Shown here in pieces: positions 35,017 through 43,530 of a stretch of DNA of 64,000 nt. Position numbers and translations under genes: made by a program. Location of the stretch: NCBI GenBank assembly GCA_023380935.1, contig JAMCST010000009.1:27760-91759 (forward strand), written 5' to 3'. The DNA is from Patescibacteria group bacterium (lineage in GTDB: Bacteria > Patescibacteriota > Microgenomatia > UBA1406 > GWC2-37-13). A model generated the notes under the pieces. It was not told the origin of the DNA. It saw only the letters and a list, made by a program, of their open reading frames with translations, and made no database searches. Position 1 is the first letter of the stretch. Every line of letters begins with the position of its first letter.

Positions 35017-37288
35017 AGCCGTAATAATCCCCTTCCCTGAATGGTAAAACCGGTTCGTGCTTGATCGGCGCCGGACTTTCGGAAACGACCACGTGCAGTT
35101 TGGGCTCGTTTTTGGATATTTCGTCGGGGTAAATCCAGCCCAACACCGAGTCAACGCTGCTTCTGGATGGAGTTTTACCGTAGATCTTAAATAATAATCG
35201 CCACCCGGCATAGGCATATTGCGGATTGGGCAACGGGCCGGTCGTTTCCAAACTAAACTCCCGGCCTTTTATCAAACGCATGGTTTTGGCGATAAAGCGT
35301 TCCTTCATAGTCAGCCCGTAATCGTCGGTGGTGGTGAGGACGGTGGCCAGGTTGGCCAGCATAAACAGGCCGATAATCAGATATGCCGCCTGTTTGGGTA
35401 ATGAACCAAGCCAGAACCCGACGCAGATGGTCAAAATCGTCAGAAAGCCCATCAGGTAATACTCCGGGTTATAGCTGGGATAGACGATATAAGCCAGCAG
35501 TATAGACGCGATGGAAATGAAAAAAATCTGGTAACCATTGCGTCTGTTTTTGATAAAGAACCATAGTAGCGCGATCAGAGACAACAAAGACAATAAAATG
35601 TTCCCCGGTATTTTACTAGTATTGGTTTCCAGGGCGATGTCCTGGAGGTTTGAGTGCAATTTGACAAACCAGACGCGTCCGAAGGTCGACCACAAGCTAT
35701 TGACGTGATTCAACATATTGGTTGGGCTAAGGGCGTAGAGTCCGGTTTTTTTGCCCTCGATAATAATTTTGTAAGGGGCCAAAAGGTTGTCGAAGTTATG
35801 ATTCAGGTCAAACACAATCAGCGGTGAGACGATCGTCAAGTAAATTAAAGCCATCGCAATCCAGGTTTGCCACCTGATTTTCCGGAAGTTGTGAACGAGG
35901 GAGTAAAGAGCGGGAAGGACAAACAGCAATAGCAGCAGATGAAAATGGAATGCGGCGCCGGTCAAAGCCGCCACCAAAATATACCAGCGACTATTTTTAT
36001 CGGCTCTGATTAAACCATAAACAAAAAGCAGAGACATCAGGGGGATAAAAGACGGATTCCAGAACCGCCGGTCATAGTAGTTTATCAGCGTCGAACAGCC
36101 GTAAAATGTACCGGCAAACAGGGCGGTTCTACGGTCAAACAGATTTTTGGTGACAAAATACAATACGGCGGTGGTTATGATGCCCAGTAAGGCAGAGAAA
36201 TAAGCCAGCACCGCCACGTCGCCCTTTTTGACCAGAAAAAGCAGATAGTTGAGATAGATGAATCCGGGACCGAGATAATAATTGATATTGGCCTGACTGA
36301 CGCCAATCCAGATCGGGTGGAAATTCTTTACCTGCTCCCAGGCCAGTGTGCCCTGCCACTCTTCGCTGAAAGTAAAAAGAAAAAAATCGGGGACCTTCCA
36401 CAACCGCAGAAAACCAATCAATAAAAAGACGAATATCAAAACGTAATTTTGTTTCAACAAGGACATTAAACCGGAAAAGAATCCGGAAAATAGATTTATG
36501 ACCGCGGTCGGGTTGGCAGATAAAGCCGTACGGGCGCGCAGGGCAAGAGAAATAAGGCTGAAAGGAAAGACGACGTTTTTCGCCAGATACCGTCCGTAGT
36601 TTTCAAAGATTAATTTTTGTTTGTTTTTTCTTTCCTCGGGCCGGATGCCGCCGGCGCCGGCCTTGTGGTGGTAAACCATAGCGTCGGGAGAAAAAACGAT
36701 CCGGCCGAATTGTCTTATCCGTTTGCTCAAATCAACCTCCTCGAAGATCTTGGGGAAACCCGGGTCAAACCCATGGGTGCGGCGCAGGGCAGCGCTGCGA
36801 AACGACATGTTGCAGCCGTAGACAAAATCAACCGGCTGATTTTTGGTGCTCCAAAACCGGTAAACGAATTTCGTTCCCAATAAATTGGTGTTCCCGGTCG
36901 GTTGGTCGGTGTTTTTGGGAACCTCTTCCCCGTCGTTAATTACCCGGCCGGCCACCCCGACGACCCGCTGATCCGCGTATTGCCGGAGATGATTGGCAAT
37001 GGTGTTTTTGGTGACTTCGACGTCGTCGTCAAAAAAAATCACCACCTCTCCCCTGGTCTGTTTGATGCCGAGATTCTTGGCGAGCGAAGTATTGGCGTGT
37101 TGCAGATTATGATATTCGACCGTCAATTTGGCCAAGGTTTTATGATCGGGCGGATGGGGATTTTCCTGGTCGACGATCACGATCTGCAGTTTGGGATAAA
37201 GCCGGCGGATCTGTTTGGCCAGTTTCAGGGCGAGACCGGGACGTTTGAAGGTGGGGATGACAATGGTTGCGGTCGGTAGGTCTGCCAT
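35003..37288 (-). CDS. Fusion protein: N-terminal GT2 glycosyltransferase plus C-terminal GT-C paralog 3
   Basis: 761 aa. The GT2 part carries TIVIPTFKRPG, VIFFDDDVEV and GCNMSFRS. The GT-C part carries FTFSEEWQGTLAWEQVKNFHPIWIGVS, YDRRFWN and the C-terminal AGWRLLFKIYGKTP...LGWIYPDEI. Confidence 0.8.
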   Translation of the reverse strand: MADLPTATIVIPTFKRPGLALKLAKQIRRLYPKLQIVIVDQENPHPPDHKTLAKLTVEYHNLQHANTSLAKNLGIKQTRGEVVIFFDDDVEVTKNTIANHLRQYADQRVVGVAGRVINDGEEVPKNTDQPTGNTNLLGTKFVYRFWSTKNQPVDFVYGCNMSFRSAALRRTHGFDPGFPKIFEEVDLSKRIRQFGRIVFSPDAMVYHHKAGAGGIRPEERKNKQKLIFENYGRYLAKNVVFPFSLISLALRARTALSANPTAVINLFSGFFSGLMSLLKQNYVLIFVFLLIGFLRLWKVPDFFLFTFSEEWQGTLAWEQVKNFHPIWIGVSQANINYYLGPGFIYLNYLLFLVKKGDVAVLAYFSALLGIITTAVLYFVTKNLFDRRTALFAGTFYGCSTLINYYDRRFWNPSFIPLMSLLFVYGLIRADKNSRWYILVAALTGAAFHFHLLLLLFVLPALYSLVHNFRKIRWQTWIAMALIYLTIVSPLIVFDLNHNFDNLLAPYKIIIEGKKTGLYALSPTNMLNHVNSLWSTFGRVWFVKLHSNLQDIALETNTSKIPGNILLSLLSLIALLWFFIKNRRNGYQIFFISIASILLAYIVYPSYNPEYYLMGFLTILTICVGFWLGSLPKQAAYLIIGLFMLANLATVLTTTDDYGLTMKERFIAKTMRLIKGREFSLETTGPLPNPQYAYAGWRLLFKIYGKTPSRSSVDSVLGWIYPDEISKNEPKLHVVVSESPAPIKHEPVLPFREGDYYGYVYE

Positions 37289-37304
37289 AAAAATAGCCGT
37301 TCCC

Positions 37305-37580
37305 TTATTTTGACAAACTGATAGTTAGCTTGTATCCCATTACCTCCGCCATCTTCTCCAAGAATCCCAAGGACGGATTAATGTTCCCTGCTTCAAAGCG
37401 GGCAATGGCCGATTGTTTGGTGCCGATTTTTTGCGCTAACTGTTTTTGCGTGATGCCTTTTTTAATTCTGGCCGATATTAATTCGGATATGGCCATATAG
37501 CGAGGAGCCAACTGGTCATATTCCTTTTGGACCGCTTTATTCTGCAACAGTTCTGTCCTTAATTGTTTCCAGTTTCTCAT
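37305..37580 (-). CDS. XRE-family HTH antitoxin (HigA-like)
   Basis: 91 aa. ITQKQLAQKIGTKQSAIARFEAGNINPSLGFLEKMAEVMG is a canonical HTH_3 domain. The gene lies immediately downstream of a Gp49/HigB-like toxin gene. Confidence 0.8.
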   Translation of the reverse strand: MRNWKQLRTELLQNKAVQKEYDQLAPRYMAISELISARIKKGITQKQLAQKIGTKQSAIARFEAGNINPSLGFLEKMAEVMGYKLTISLSK

Positions 37581-37613
37581 ATCTGTGTTGGAACTGATAA
37601 AATACTAGTGTTA

Positions 37614-37635
37614 AATATAACATATATGTTATATT
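37614..37635. promoter_or_regulatory. Perfect 22-bp palindrome between toxin and antitoxin genes
   Basis: AATATAACATATATGTTATATT is its own reverse complement. It overlaps the toxin stop codon (37634-37636) and lies 34 nt upstream of the antitoxin ATG. Confidence 0.4.
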
Positions 37636-37963
37636 ATGTCAAGTTTGCCAATCTGGTCTTGGCGGTCTCGATTTCTTTTTTTGGCGTTTTTTGTTTTTGT
37701 TTCTTGAAGGCCGATACCAGATATATGGTTTTACCGACAAATCCGTAAACGATTCTTATCTCTTGTTGTCCTCTGATACGCAACTCGTAAAGATTAATCT
37801 GTAGTTTTTTAGCATGAGGCATACTAAGGAGATTTCCATGAATTTCTAGCAGATCGATCAAATGAACGATTTTGGCAATTACCTGCGCTGGTTGGCTTTT
37901 GATAAATTCGGCTACCGGCCGTTCGCCTCCTAAGGTCCCAAACTCCAATATTTTCCATTCCAT
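37634..37963 (-). CDS. Type II toxin, phage Gp49-like/HigB (RelE/ParE superfamily)
   Basis: 109 aa. Contains RPVAEFIKS, LYELRIRGQQEIRIVYGFVGKTIYLVSAFKKQKQKTPKKEIETA, typical of the PF05973 family. The toxin-first gene order matches HigBA. Confidence 0.75.
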   Translation of the reverse strand: MEWKILEFGTLGGERPVAEFIKSQPAQVIAKIVHLIDLLEIHGNLLSMPHAKKLQINLYELRIRGQQEIRIVYGFVGKTIYLVSAFKKQKQKTPKKEIETAKTRLANLT

Positions 37964-37985
37964 AGTTTTATTATAGAGGCCTATC

Positions 37986-39311
37986 TTAAAAAGGAAGAAA
38001 CTCCATTTTTTTCTTGTAAATCTGCCATAAAGCTTCAGCTCCCATTATCCCAAATCCCAGCCAGACAATCAATCCAAAGCTTATGGCCGACAGCGGCCCG
38101 AACGCCGGCCTGATCAACCCGGCGGTGATCCAGCCCAGGGCAGTGGCCGCGACACAGACCAGCGCCAGCGGCACGGTTTTTTTTAGGGCCAGCAGGGGCT
38201 GGAAAAATACCGCGTAACTCCCCCACCCGATGGCCGGAATCACGAATAACGGCAGTAATGTGTTAGTGGTCAGAGCGTCCTGCCGGCTGAATTTTCCGCC
38301 GATGAACAGAAAGTTGATCAGGAGCGGCGCAATCAACAGTACGGCGATGGTGACGGCAAAAGAAACGGCCAATGCCACCAGTTTGGCCTTTTTCACCAGG
38401 TGCAGCGCTTTGGCGTGTTGCTCCGGCCGGGCAAAGTACTCCACCAGATGGGGCAGGAGCAGGATCTGGATGCCGATGGTCATCACTCCGGTGGCCAGGG
38501 TGAACATCTTGACGATCAGATTAAGGTAAACCAGATACCCGGCCGGCAATCCGGCGGCCAGTGAGCGGATAAACACGGTTTCTCCCCGAAAGGTTGAGTA
38601 AGCCACGATTAACGGGAGCCAAGCCACCACTAAGGTTATCGGGTTAACGAGTTGAAAAGTTGGCGAGTTAACGGGTTTAAGGGTTAAAGAGTTAAGGGCG
38701 GTCGCTATTTTTTTCGGCGGCAGGAGAACGAGAATTTGGAAAAACAGGTTGGCGACAAAGGCGATCACCAGCGACCAGGGGCCGATCACGGGTTGGAGCA
38801 CGACGATCATGGCAATGTTGGTCAGATTGCCGACCAGTTGGGCAAACGGAAAACGGTTGAATTTTTTTCCGGCATAGAAATGCGCCCCCAACAAGGTGGC
38901 GATGGTGGCCAGCGGCAAACTGTAAAACAGATAACCCATCTGCAGGGCGACCGCCCGGACAAACTCTTCGCTCCGGGCTTGGTAGAGCGCCTGGCTGATC
39001 GGTTGGGCGAGCAGGTTGGCGATCAAAGCCACCACCAGGCTGATCGCGGTAAAAAACAGCAGGTGACTGATAAAGTAGGAGCGGGCACGGTCGGGTTGGG
39101 TGACTTTTTTTTCGCCGTAAAGCGGCAGGAAAGCGTCGTTGAGGGTGGAATAAATGGTGGAAACGGCCAGGGTGGGTAAGGCCACGGCCGCCAGAAAAAC
39201 GTCCAGGTCCAGTTTGGCGCCGAAGATCCGGGTGACAACGACCTGGCTGATCAGCTGAATCAAGGCGTTAACGCCGAAGATGACGGTGACAACAAAACTT
39301 TTTTTTACCAT
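37986..39311 (-). CDS. MOP-superfamily flippase, MurJ/MviN-like
   Basis: 441 aa, polytopic. The N-terminal GVNALIQLISQVVVTRIFGAKLDLDVFLAAVALP...LNDAFLPLY resembles MurJ. It is shorter than canonical MurJ, so its substrate is uncertain. Confidence 0.6.
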   Translation of the reverse strand: MVKKSFVVTVIFGVNALIQLISQVVVTRIFGAKLDLDVFLAAVALPTLAVSTIYSTLNDAFLPLYGEKKVTQPDRARSYFISHLLFFTAISLVVALIANLLAQPISQALYQARSEEFVRAVALQMGYLFYSLPLATIATLLGAHFYAGKKFNRFPFAQLVGNLTNIAMIVVLQPVIGPWSLVIAFVANLFFQILVLLPPKKIATALNSLTLKPVNSPTFQLVNPITLVVAWLPLIVAYSTFRGETVFIRSLAAGLPAGYLVYLNLIVKMFTLATGVMTIGIQILLLPHLVEYFARPEQHAKALHLVKKAKLVALAVSFAVTIAVLLIAPLLINFLFIGGKFSRQDALTTNTLLPLFVIPAIGWGSYAVFFQPLLALKKTVPLALVCVAATALGWITAGLIRPAFGPLSAISFGLIVWLGFGIMGAEALWQIYKKKMEFLPF

Positions 39312-39337
39312 CGGTTGATTAATTTTATCACGGTTAA

Positions 39338-41995
39338 TTATTCGTATCCGTTTCTTTGGCGGGTTTCCGGCTTCAGATGCGGCAACTGCTGGAAAAACGC
39401 TTCGTCGTCTTTATTGAAGTCCGGCGTCACCGGGATGATCCTGATCCGGGCGGTTTTGGTTTTGGCGGTGATGTTCTGGTTGTCCCAACTGATCGGTTTT
39501 TCGATCCAGAAATTCATCTCGCCGTAGTCCCAGGTGAGAGGAATCGTGAACACCACCATTGACTCAGTGATTTCATCCGGCAAGATCGTTTCTCCGTCCT
39601 CCTTAACGATGGTGATTAACGGTTTTTCCTGCCAGCCGAAATTGTGGCCGTAAATTACCACTTTCATGCCCCGGTAGATCAAGTACGGCTCGGTTTTGTC
39701 AATAATCGGTACAAGCGAGTTCCACAGTTTACGGCGGTTTTCCGCAGCGATTTGCTGTTGGTAACGTTGATAAAATAAACGCAGCTGTTGGTGACCGTAA
39801 TATCCAGCAGTGATAATGATTGCGCCCAATAAGAGGCCTTTAATGACGTTGGCGCTATAATCTTCAACGGTTTTCGGATAAGGATTAAAGACCAAGCGGA
39901 TCATTTTACGAAAACAGCGCTGCAGCGTTTGTCGTAGATGACTCGCATTCAATAAGATAAAGGCGACGGTTCGTTTAAGCATTTTTTTGAATCGCGCAGG
40001 CAAGATCATGGCGGCGAATCGACGAAAAGCGTAATGTGGCGGCGGCGGCCTTTTCAAGGCGATGAGTGTTTGAATTACGGCGGCCACAAGCATCAGATAA
40101 CCCCAGACAGCCGCTTTTTCCGCCATAAAGTCAGCCTTGAGAAGCAACAACAACAAACACAAACTCAGATAAAACAAAGCCGTTATAAAGCTCAAGCGCG
40201 CCTCGAATTGGTAACCAATCACGGTTAGTATCCAACTCAAAAAAACAACGTTGAGTAGCCAGTTAGAGCGTGATCGGAAAAGGAAAATGTCGAAGACGAT
40301 GCCGCTGACGGCAATCGTGAGCCAGAGGAAACGCTGTTTTTTTGATGTAAACTTAATCAACCGCCAGACCAATTTCAGTGGTACGGCCAGGATTTTGATT
40401 ACCGTTGTCGTGCTGCGACGGAAACAGAGTCGTCCAATCCAATTAGTTTGTTGAGGATGCCGGCATTTCAGGTAAAACCACAAACTATAAATGCCGAGTC
40501 CGGTGAGTAAAAACCATAAGACAAACCAAAGAACCTGACGTGGCCAAAACCTGAGCTTAACGAACGAAGTAGTTGCCGATGCGATAACCGTAAGTTGGGG
40601 TCGCCAGCCAAAACCGAGTGCATCCAACACATATTGTTGTTGAGCTGTGGTGGTTTGTTTAAAAATCAGTTGATAATTATGACCGGGCAAAGCCGTCAGT
40701 TGCGTCATTGGATCTTGACCGGGTAGTCGCCCGGTTTTTTCCAGATAAACTGTCGGATTCAAAAATTGGGCTATAGTAAAGCTTAACGAGCGAACATTCT
40801 CTTGGGACATGGGTTTCTTGGTTGCTACGATCACGCTATTAGTAAGCGGTTGTTCGGGAAGCGGATCAATGTGAAATTGATTCCGGATGATGACAGATAA
40901 CTGGTGAGGATAGAGTTGGTAGTCGATCAGGTGATCGGTCTTAAGGGTTGGAACATAATCGGTCGTTTCGCTAGAGTGAGGATTGGTGATTGCTTCCCGG
41001 GTAGCGTATTTTTCCTCCAACCGGAGCTGGGCCGGTTGGTTAATGCGTCCGGAAAACTGCCAGTAGTAGTCTCCGGGAAACGGAAACGGCTTAATACCGA
41101 GACGGTATTGATAGACCGGGGCGGTTTCGGTCATTTGATTTTGCCAACCGTCGCTCGGTTCGGTTAAGGGAAACGGAGACACTAGTAAGGCAATAGTTTT
41201 AACCCGATCGTTAATGGAAATGCCGGAAAAGACCAGTAAACGGTCGGAACTAATAAAATCGGTTGGTTTAAAGATTCGGTCGCCGACCGCCAAACTCAAG
41301 CTGGTACGGTAGCTATCGGGCAGTTGGGAGAAATCCACCAAAACGTCGTATCGGCCGAACTCACGGTCATTAGCCAAACCGGTTAACTGATAGTTTATTC
41401 GGTTGGGATCGGGCGGTGGCGCGTTGCGTTCAATCCGGTGATTAATGCTGGTCATGACAGAGTCTATTAAATTGCGCAACACGACCTTTTCCTCGGCATT
41501 TTTTTCCGACTGCTCGATAGTCTGGTCAATCTGATCTTGGTGCGTAAGGAAGTGGGATTGGACCGTGGTTAACTCATCGTCAGTAGCGTAATCGATTGCC
41601 CTAACCATTAAATTGTAGTAGCGGTTAACAACGTCTTCCCAGCCGGTGTAATCTAGATTTTTTCCCCAACGCATTAATTCGGCGACGCGTTTATCGGCAA
41701 AAAACAGCGGCGTTTGGTTGTTGGTTCTTAGATCGTTGGTCTCGATTAGTTGGACGAGCTGGTACTTGAGCGAGTGGTTGGGAAAAACCTCCACGGTTGG
41801 GTAAGTAATATTGATCGGTTGCCCCAGTTGATCGGAAGGACCGAGGCGATAACTGATTGAGGCGGGAGTAAAGTCGGTCGGATTGACCATACGGGGGGAT
41901 GCCGCTAAAGAAATACCGTATAATAACCCAGCGGCTAAGGTGAAAAATAACAAAAACAACAAGACCAAAACTGGTTTGCGATGGGACTGCGTCAT
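39338..41995 (-). CDS. Large hypothetical membrane protein with N-terminal extracytoplasmic domain, central TM cluster and C-terminal IPT/TIG-like segment
   Basis: 885 aa. It has the signal/anchor PVLVLLFLLFFTLAAGLLYG, about 480 aa of soluble sequence, then several TM helices. The C-terminal KVVIYGHNFGW...VVFTIP...NFWIEKP resembles an Ig-like IPT/TIG fold. Confidence 0.7.
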   Translation of the reverse strand: MTQSHRKPVLVLLFLLFFTLAAGLLYGISLAASPRMVNPTDFTPASISYRLGPSDQLGQPINITYPTVEVFPNHSLKYQLVQLIETNDLRTNNQTPLFFADKRVAELMRWGKNLDYTGWEDVVNRYYNLMVRAIDYATDDELTTVQSHFLTHQDQIDQTIEQSEKNAEEKVVLRNLIDSVMTSINHRIERNAPPPDPNRINYQLTGLANDREFGRYDVLVDFSQLPDSYRTSLSLAVGDRIFKPTDFISSDRLLVFSGISINDRVKTIALLVSPFPLTEPSDGWQNQMTETAPVYQYRLGIKPFPFPGDYYWQFSGRINQPAQLRLEEKYATREAITNPHSSETTDYVPTLKTDHLIDYQLYPHQLSVIIRNQFHIDPLPEQPLTNSVIVATKKPMSQENVRSLSFTIAQFLNPTVYLEKTGRLPGQDPMTQLTALPGHNYQLIFKQTTTAQQQYVLDALGFGWRPQLTVIASATTSFVKLRFWPRQVLWFVLWFLLTGLGIYSLWFYLKCRHPQQTNWIGRLCFRRSTTTVIKILAVPLKLVWRLIKFTSKKQRFLWLTIAVSGIVFDIFLFRSRSNWLLNVVFLSWILTVIGYQFEARLSFITALFYLSLCLLLLLLKADFMAEKAAVWGYLMLVAAVIQTLIALKRPPPPHYAFRRFAAMILPARFKKMLKRTVAFILLNASHLRQTLQRCFRKMIRLVFNPYPKTVEDYSANVIKGLLLGAIIITAGYYGHQQLRLFYQRYQQQIAAENRRKLWNSLVPIIDKTEPYLIYRGMKVVIYGHNFGWQEKPLITIVKEDGETILPDEITESMVVFTIPLTWDYGEMNFWIEKPISWDNQNITAKTKTARIRIIPVTPDFNKDDEAFFQQLPHLKPETRQRNGYE

Positions 41996-42024
41996 GGAAT
42001 GTTAGATTAATTTTAGCAGATAAA

Positions 42025-43530
42025 TCACTCCATTCCCCAACTTCTTACCTCCAGGGGCCAGATATCGCGATCTGCGCCCACCGCCATTTTTTCTCTCCGG
42101 TATTCCAGTTTAAGATTTTTTTTGGCGTACTGTTTGATGTCTTCGGGCAGGATGCTATTCCAGTCTTCTATGATCAATATTCCTTGGGGATAGCGGGCCT
42201 TTTCCTTAAGAAAGTCGCTGAGGGTTCCGTAGACCAGTTGACCGCCGAACGGTTGCGCGTATGGTTTAGTCGTGCCTTTTTTGAAATAGGCGTTTGACTG
42301 GCGGTTGAGGTAATATCTTTCCGTGTCCACCAGGTCGTCGAACACGGCGATTTTGTCCAGTTTTTTGGCGTATTTTGTCTCAATCCAGGCGAACACGTTT
42401 TTGTAATCGGCGTTCTGCACGTCGCCGTAAAAATCGAGGTTAGGCGAATAATACAGCTGCGGCGTTCCGGCAATTTTGTATCCGGAAAGATAAACAACTA
42501 CGACGACAAGCATCGGTAACCACCTTATACTTTTCACTTTTAACCTTTCACCGATTTTGTCCCCCACCCTTCCCCAAAACACGCCGAAACCGGTAAAGAC
42601 CAGCCCGAAAAACGGCACCAAATAACGCAGATTATGACTGTAGCTGCTGAAGCTCCAGACAACCAAAAGAGCCGTTGCGTAACCGATCAACCCGGCGCCG
42701 AGAGCGCGGTATTTTTTGTCGATCAGGCAAAACGCCAACAGCGCCGGCAGCAAGTATACTCCATACTGACGAAGTAGGATATTTTTTAAATAGACGGTGT
42801 TGTTGTACATAAACACGATCCGGCCGCGGAACGGAGCCAACAGCGGGACTGGGCCGTGAGCACTGCCGGACCAATAAATGAAAAGTCCGATAATCAAAAC
42901 CAGCGCAATGGGCGCAAACGGTTGGCGCAAGCGTGATTTTATCTTGTACCGGTGAACGATGATTATGGCAATGGCTACGGGAATCCAAAATAATATGGCC
43001 AGGATATGGAAAAGACAGGCCAGACAGGTGATAATAACCGTCCCAAACAAAACGGCCGGTCGGCGTTTGTCGATGTACTCTATCAGCAAATAGGCTTGGA
43101 TGAGCAGTAAAGTCTCTAGGGCGGCATAAGGTTTGGCCTGGGTGGCATTGGCGAGGTTGAGCTGGGAAAGGGCCATGAGGAATGCCGCCGCCAATCCCCC
43201 GCCCCGGTTCGACAGCCGGCGGGCAACGCCGTAAGCGGCAATAATTCCCAAAACGCCGAATAATACCGCCGGTAGCCTGGCGGAAAACTCCGAAACGCCA
43301 AACAACGAAAAAAATGCCGCGGTGGTAACGGTTTGGAGCGGTTCATATTCCACTTGTTTGGCCCCCTGAAGCCAGGAACTCTTGTTGCGCGCGATATCCC
43401 GGGCAAAGCTGGAAACAAACGCCTCATCGGCCCAGAAGGAGTGGTCGGTGCTGATGCCTTTCAGTCTAAACCAAAAACCGATTACAAAAAAGGCCGCCAA
43501 TACAAAGCACGACCATTTCTGTTTATCCAT
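42025..43530 (-). CDS. GT-C fold membrane glycosyltransferase, PMT_2/ArnT-like
   Basis: 501 aa. The first-loop motif is FWADEAFVS, followed by ARLPAVLFGVLGI. The protein is polytopic with a C-terminal soluble domain. Confidence 0.78.
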   Translation of the reverse strand: MDKQKWSCFVLAAFFVIGFWFRLKGISTDHSFWADEAFVSSFARDIARNKSSWLQGAKQVEYEPLQTVTTAAFFSLFGVSEFSARLPAVLFGVLGIIAAYGVARRLSNRGGGLAAAFLMALSQLNLANATQAKPYAALETLLLIQAYLLIEYIDKRRPAVLFGTVIITCLACLFHILAILFWIPVAIAIIIVHRYKIKSRLRQPFAPIALVLIIGLFIYWSGSAHGPVPLLAPFRGRIVFMYNNTVYLKNILLRQYGVYLLPALLAFCLIDKKYRALGAGLIGYATALLVVWSFSSYSHNLRYLVPFFGLVFTGFGVFWGRVGDKIGERLKVKSIRWLPMLVVVVVYLSGYKIAGTPQLYYSPNLDFYGDVQNADYKNVFAWIETKYAKKLDKIAVFDDLVDTERYYLNRQSNAYFKKGTTKPYAQPFGGQLVYGTLSDFLKEKARYPQGILIIEDWNSILPEDIKQYAKKNLKLEYRREKMAVGADRDIWPLEVRSWGME

